Source of the DNA: a virus
Length of the DNA: 64,000 nucleotides
Strand: one strand, 5' to 3'
IMG/VR virus record: IMGVR_UViG_3300033512_000218
Location: 1 to 64,000 of that record
A program made the translations under genes and the position numbers. Within the stretch, counting starts at the first letter, position 1. Every line of letters begins with the position of its first letter. This document shows positions 59,637 through 64,000 of the stretch, piece after piece. Below the pieces are notes generated by a model. That model was given only the letters and a program-made list of their open reading frames with translations. It made no database searches and was not told where the DNA came from.

Positions 59637-60284
59637 ATGAAAAATAAATTATTACATATATTAGAAAAAATTAAATCATTTACAAAATATTATATAACAA
59701 ATAAAAATGGAGTTTCTGAAGTAAAATATCAAAACTTAAATCTTAAAGTTAGTATTAAAAATAGTAAAATTGATATTGCAGTTGAATCTAAAACAAAAGA
59801 ATTGATTATTTATTGTTGTTTAGACTTTATTATTGATACAGAAATTGAGTTTTTTATTGAAAATGATTCATTTATACTTCTTTTAACTCAATTAAATGAT
59901 GAAATACAATTTATTAGTATTGAAAATGGATTACTAAATATAAATAATATTTATAGTAATATAATTAACCCCGATTTATGTTATGCTTTCCCTAAAATAA
60001 CAAAATTACCTGAATTTATTCCGTTTGATTTATCATTTTTAAACGATAAATTACCAATAAAATACAATGATAAATCAGAAATAAAAATATCTGATAGTAA
60101 ATTACAATTAAATCAATGTAATAATTTTAAATTGTATATTGATAATTATTATACATATAATAATAGTATTATAGAAATTATAAATAATAATCCTATTATA
60201 AATTGTTATAAACAATCATCATTGTTATTATTTAAATTTGAGTTAGATAATATTCTATGTTTTTTTAGCTTAACACATATTTAA
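59637..60284 (+). CDS. hypothetical protein
   Basis: 215-aa ORF. Confidence 0.6.
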   Translation: MKNKLLHILEKIKSFTKYYITNKNGVSEVKYQNLNLKVSIKNSKIDIAVESKTKELIIYCCLDFIIDTEIEFFIENDSFILLLTQLNDEIQFISIENGLLNINNIYSNIINPDLCYAFPKITKLPEFIPFDLSFLNDKLPIKYNDKSEIKISDSKLQLNQCNNFKLYIDNYYTYNNSIIEIINNNPIINCYKQSSLLLFKFELDNILCFFSLTHI

Positions 60285-60293
60285 TATAAAATT

Positions 60294-60539
60294 ATGATAC
60301 AATTAACAAAAGATTTATTAATAACCGAATTTAATAAAATTACACTCGTTAAAACCCAAAAAACAATATTAAAAAAATGTATAAATAATTTCAATGATAC
60401 TGATTTAATTGTGGATAATAGTACCACTGACCTTCATGTTCTTATGGGACATATATCATCTGAAATTAAAATTAATTTATCTGATGCTAAATTAGTTTTT
60501 AATAATGTTTTAACTTTTATCAATAATTATAAAATATGA
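60294..60539 (+). CDS. hypothetical protein
   Basis: 81-aa ORF. Confidence 0.55.
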   Translation: MIQLTKDLLITEFNKITLVKTQKTILKKCINNFNDTDLIVDNSTTDLHVLMGHISSEIKINLSDAKLVFNNVLTFINNYKI

Positions 60540-61342
60540 AAATAGTAGATTTTATTTCAAAAATGATACAGAAATATCCTAAATTGTTTAAAGATATTGA
60601 TTATGAAAAATCAAAATTTAAAGTATTAAATCAAGTATTTTTTAGTTCTACAGATGATTTTGTAATAGCAAAAATAAAAAATCCATCAGAAAGTGGTTAT
60701 ATTGTTGAACCTAAATATAAAAAAGATAAAAAAACAAGTAAATATAATAGAATTATAGATAAACCGTATGGAAAAGAAAAGTATAAACTGATACCTAAGG
60801 AATATTTTGATAATGATGTTTATTATGTTTATACCAATGAAATTCCTTTGAATACAGTTTATATAAAAAATAAACACAAACGTGATAAAGTTTATTTTCT
60901 TTATAAAAAAACAAATGATGAATTTATGGAACCTAAATTATATAAAGCAAATAATTTACGTTATTTTCAACCATATCCATTTAGTAAAGAATCTTCTATT
61001 GTATGTGACATATTTTATAATAATATTTTCCTACAAGATGACTGGATGTATGAGTTGATTTTATTATGCAAAAGAACTTTGGAATATTTTAATGATGAAA
61101 ATCAATATAAAAATGATATATTTTATCCAAACCAAATAAATATTAATAAGGAATTAAAACGTGTTAAAGATTATTTTAATCAAAATGGATTAAATGAACT
61201 GCAAAAAGATTTAGGTTATATAATAAAAGAAACTTTACCTGATAATAATGAAATTGAAATTAGATTAACTAATATTTGGAATAATTATCGTAATGACCAA
61301 ATAGAATTTTTAAATAATTTTTTGCAAAAATATACTAATTAA
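60536..61342 (+). CDS. hypothetical protein
   Basis: 268-aa ORF with ATGA overlap. Confidence 0.65.
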   Translation: MKIVDFISKMIQKYPKLFKDIDYEKSKFKVLNQVFFSSTDDFVIAKIKNPSESGYIVEPKYKKDKKTSKYNRIIDKPYGKEKYKLIPKEYFDNDVYYVYTNEIPLNTVYIKNKHKRDKVYFLYKKTNDEFMEPKLYKANNLRYFQPYPFSKESSIVCDIFYNNIFLQDDWMYELILLCKRTLEYFNDENQYKNDIFYPNQININKELKRVKDYFNQNGLNELQKDLGYIIKETLPDNNEIEIRLTNIWNNYRNDQIEFLNNFLQKYTN

Positions 61343-61371
61343 ATCATTTTAACTTATATTAATAATACATT

Positions 61372-61545
61372 ATGAAAGATAAATATATAATTATTGACCT
61401 TAGAAATATGAATGTCATGAAAAATAAAGAAGGTAAAATAATTTTTTATAATACAGAAGATGAAGCATATGAAGTATGAGGAATGTATGAATTTGAAAAT
61501 GTCTGGGTTATGAAGTTAATTTATAATCATATTGAAAATTATTAA
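61372..61545 (+). pseudogene. small gene with in-frame TGA
   Basis: MKDKYIIIDLRNM...EAYEV*GMYEFENVWVMKLIYNHIENY. Confidence 0.5.
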
Positions 61546-61594
61546 ACAATACAAATTTTATAGAATGGAAATTAATTTTACATACAAAAATAAT

Positions 61595-62086
61595 ATGAAT
61601 ACAAATAAAAAATATGAATTAACAAATGAAACAATTAGTCTTAATGGTTATACGTTATATAGAATTAAAGCATTAAAATCATTTTCAGATGTAAAGGAAG
61701 GAGATTTAGGAGGTTTTATACAATCAGAAAAAAATCTATATCAAAAAGATGAATGTTGGGTTTATGATAATGCAATGGTGTTTAATGAAGCAAGAATATT
61801 TGAGAATGCTACAATATCCGAAAACACTAAGGTTTTTAATAATGCATGGGTTTTTAACAATGCTAAAGTTTATGGAAATTCCCAGATTTATGGTAATGCT
61901 AAAATTTATAGAAATGCTAAAGTTTTCGGTGATACTAAGATTTATGATAATGCTAAAGTTTTTGGGAATACCAGAGTTTATGGAAATGCTAAAGTTTATG
62001 GTGATGCTAAAATATTCGTAAATAGTTTAATTTGTGGAACTGCAAATGTGGATTATGATGTTAGTAGAGGTGAAATAAACGAATAA
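61595..62086 (+). CDS. hexapeptide-repeat (left-handed beta-helix) phage protein
   Basis: KKYELT...LYRIKAL.SF.DVK.GDLGG.I..E.NL, then (V/I)(Y/F)GNAK repeats. Confidence 0.85.
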   Translation: MNTNKKYELTNETISLNGYTLYRIKALKSFSDVKEGDLGGFIQSEKNLYQKDECWVYDNAMVFNEARIFENATISENTKVFNNAWVFNNAKVYGNSQIYGNAKIYRNAKVFGDTKIYDNAKVFGNTRVYGNAKVYGDAKIFVNSLICGTANVDYDVSRGEINE

Positions 62087-62247
62087 GTACAGCTATTTCA
62101 ATTATTTTATTTTCCTAAACAAATACACTACATTGAAATAATATTTGTTTAGAATCAAAATAAACATTTAAAGAATTAATATATTAATCCATATTAAAAA
62201 CATTTGATTGCATACATCAAATGTTTTTTATTATAAAAGTTTAAATA

Positions 62248-62256
62248 GTATTTATA
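62248..62256 (+). promoter_or_regulatory. putative late promoter GTATTTATA
   Basis: upstream of second hexapeptide-repeat gene. Confidence 0.5.
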
Positions 62257-62285
62257 TTAAATAAACAATTTAAAATAAAAACAAT

Positions 62286-62888
62286 ATGGATAAAAACGAA
62301 TTGAACAATTTAATTAAAAAAATTGTTAGTGAAAATACTATCAATGAAGATATTAATAAAAAATATGAATTAACTAAAGACAGTATTAATATTAATGGAA
62401 ATAAATTATATCGAATCAAAGCATTAAGGTCATTTTCACATGTTAAAAAAGGAGATTTAGGAGGATATATTCAATCAGAAAATAATTTATCACATGAAAA
62501 AAAATGTTGGGTGTATAATGATGCTAAAGTATATGGAAATGCTGAAGTTTCTGATAATGCAACAATTTCTATGGATGCTTTAATTCTTGACAATGCTAAA
62601 GTATATGGAAATGCTGAAGTTTCAGGTAATGCTAAAGTTTACGGAGATTCTAAAGTGTTTGGTAATGCGTATGTATATCAAAAATCTGATATTTATGGAA
62701 ATGCTAAGGTTTATGGTCATGCTCAAATATTTGGGTATGCGAAAGTTTATGATAATGCGAAAGTTTATGATACAGCTGAAGTATTAGCACATGCAGAAAT
62801 ATTTGGGGATGCCCAAGTTTTTGGAGATGTATTAGTTTATAATGCTAAAGTTAATTATAAAATTAATAAAGGTGAAATAAACGAATAA
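62286..62888 (+). CDS. hexapeptide-repeat protein, tandem paralog with an added N-terminal leader
   Basis: MDKNELNNLIKKIVSENTINE fused to the same KKYELT... domain; both end GEINE. Confidence 0.85.
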   Translation: MDKNELNNLIKKIVSENTINEDINKKYELTKDSININGNKLYRIKALRSFSHVKKGDLGGYIQSENNLSHEKKCWVYNDAKVYGNAEVSDNATISMDALILDNAKVYGNAEVSGNAKVYGDSKVFGNAYVYQKSDIYGNAKVYGHAQIFGYAKVYDNAKVYDTAEVLAHAEIFGDAQVFGDVLVYNAKVNYKINKGEINE

Positions 62889-63011
62889 GTACAGTTATTT
62901 TAATTATTTTCTTTTCATAAACAAATATACTACTCTAAAATAAAAATCGTTTAGAATTAAAATACACAAGTAAAAAACCTAATATATTTAATCTATATTA
63001 GGTTTTATTAT

Positions 63012-63953
63012 TTATTGTATTTGTAAAGGTTGCCAATTTTGGTCTTCAGTATAATCCCAATCAACTGTACAATGTCTATGTGATTTAATATAATCATTTA
63101 TTTCAGTTGGAATTAGTCTTGCACTTCTTTTACAAAGTATTTTTTTTAAGTTGGGTAAATTCCAAATAGGTTTAAAACTTGTAGCCATTGTAAACGTTAT
63201 ATCTAAATATTCTAATTTTTTTAAATTTTTTAATGGAGTTAAATCAGATACAGCAGTATTTCGTACATTAAGTTTTTTTAAATTAATTAATTGAGATAAA
63301 GGTTCTAATGTTTTTAAATTAAAATGTTCTCCGTTTATATATGTTAAGTTTATAATTTTACTTAAATCATTTTGAGTTGGATTTCCTTGAATATTTATAT
63401 GTTTTTTAAATATTGATTTCCAATCCTGATTTAAATTATTCCACCAAACAACTAATTGGTTATTATTATTGTTTTCTATTGGTTTATCATTATTTTCTTT
63501 ATTTGATAAATATTTTTCTACAACATCATATATTATTTTTTTTAAATCATGTATATTTATTTCATTTACTGATTTAGGTATTATTTTATCTTTATTATCT
63601 TCTAACCATTTAATTAAAATAGGATAATCACTTTTAGTATATGTGTATTTATCAATAATATTATTATCTATTAAATCATTTGCTAATTGTTTATTATCAT
63701 TGATTATTTCGTTATAATATTCATCATCCTCTTTTTTTAATGATGATAAATAATCACTTACTATATTTATAGCTGTTTCATTATTTTTTGTATTAAATAA
63801 AATATTATAATCTGTATACATTAAATCTTTTTGTGTACTTTTATTATCAGATATTTCAATTATATCATAAATCATTTTAGGAATAACTATATATGATTTA
63901 TCTTTAAATATTAATGTGTATATTTTATTTTCATTTAATTTTTTGATATACAT
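63012..63953 (-). CDS. C-terminal leucine-rich repeat protein (start may lie outside window)
   Basis: LEPLSQLINLKKLNV.NT.VSDLTPLKNLKKLEYLDI; WWNNL...WK cap. Confidence 0.8.
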   Translation of the reverse strand: MYIKKLNENKIYTLIFKDKSYIVIPKMIYDIIEISDNKSTQKDLMYTDYNILFNTKNNETAINIVSDYLSSLKKEDDEYYNEIINDNKQLANDLIDNNIIDKYTYTKSDYPILIKWLEDNKDKIIPKSVNEINIHDLKKIIYDVVEKYLSNKENNDKPIENNNNNQLVVWWNNLNQDWKSIFKKHINIQGNPTQNDLSKIINLTYINGEHFNLKTLEPLSQLINLKKLNVRNTAVSDLTPLKNLKKLEYLDITFTMATSFKPIWNLPNLKKILCKRSARLIPTEINDYIKSHRHCTVDWDYTEDQNWQPLQIQ

Positions 63954-64000
63954 ATCATAATCAGTATCCTTTAGTTTATTGGTATATTTAGTATTTTCGG

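Noticed and set aside
59637-60284. Sliding-clamp-like protein
   Set aside because: Size and beta-rich pattern are compatible, but I can point to no motif; left hypothetical.
50466-61545. Stop-codon reassignment suggested by in-frame TGA at 50580 (IPK*MYCY) and ~61478 (EV*GMY)
   Set aside because: Only isolated cases, apparently replacing different residues. TGA is a normal stop elsewhere (22843, 48528), and long genes are intact in code 11. Treated as nonsense mutations.
3091-62787. Short antisense or alternate-frame ORFs (e.g. 3091, 3251, 11073, 11986, 12751, 14412, 14901, 20625, 21097, 25426, 28272, 32486, 32827, 35670-45480 minus set, 47987, 51451, 51812, 60686, 61749, 62587)
   Set aside because: They overlap well-supported genes or repeats and have no recognisable motifs; shadow ORFs.
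61595-62888. Diversity-generating retroelement TR/VR pair
   Set aside because: Both copies are full genes differing at all base types, and no reverse transcriptase is in the window.
1-64000. tRNA or rRNA genes
   Set aside because: No GC-rich cloverleaf with T-loop and acceptor stem seen by eye. A tRNAscan-SE run would be needed to exclude them.
1-64000. Eukaryotic giant virus or bacterial chromosome origin (LRRs, KYGV-repeat nuclease, two-component genes, infA)
   Set aside because: T4-like terminase, neck, tail completion and baseplate genes plus Bacteroidota-type promoters indicate a tailed phage.

Overview
Very AT-rich segment of a large (jumbo-type) contractile-tailed phage. The host is inferred to be a Bacteroidota, because about 14 copies of a 66-bp early promoter carry the TTTG / TAnnTTTG sigma-A consensus. 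Virion genes (neck, tail completion, baseplate/LysM, large tail-fibre-like proteins) are scattered among accessory genes and preceded by a GTATTTATA motif. Accessory functions include an IbrA/IbrB-like cluster, RNA ligase, Thg1, guanine deaminase, IF-1, a SNF2 helicase, a complete two-component pair, and a terminase N-half ending in a 33-aa split-intein fragment. The main finding is an integron-like gene-cassette array at about 51.2-56.2 kb, plus a solo cassette at 57.4-57.85 kb. Genes alternate with AAC-hairpin-GTT sites, and each gene is bracketed by its own 8-15-bp GTT...AAC inverted repeat. Three observations suggest polarity opposite to classical integrons: G.T wobbles on the coding strand, ORFs that start inside hairpin loops, and a shared bipartite attI-like site at the 3' end. 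The four cassettes nearest that site encode DNA methyltransferases of three different classes. No intact integrase is in the window. All family assignments are from motif recognition by eye, not database searches.
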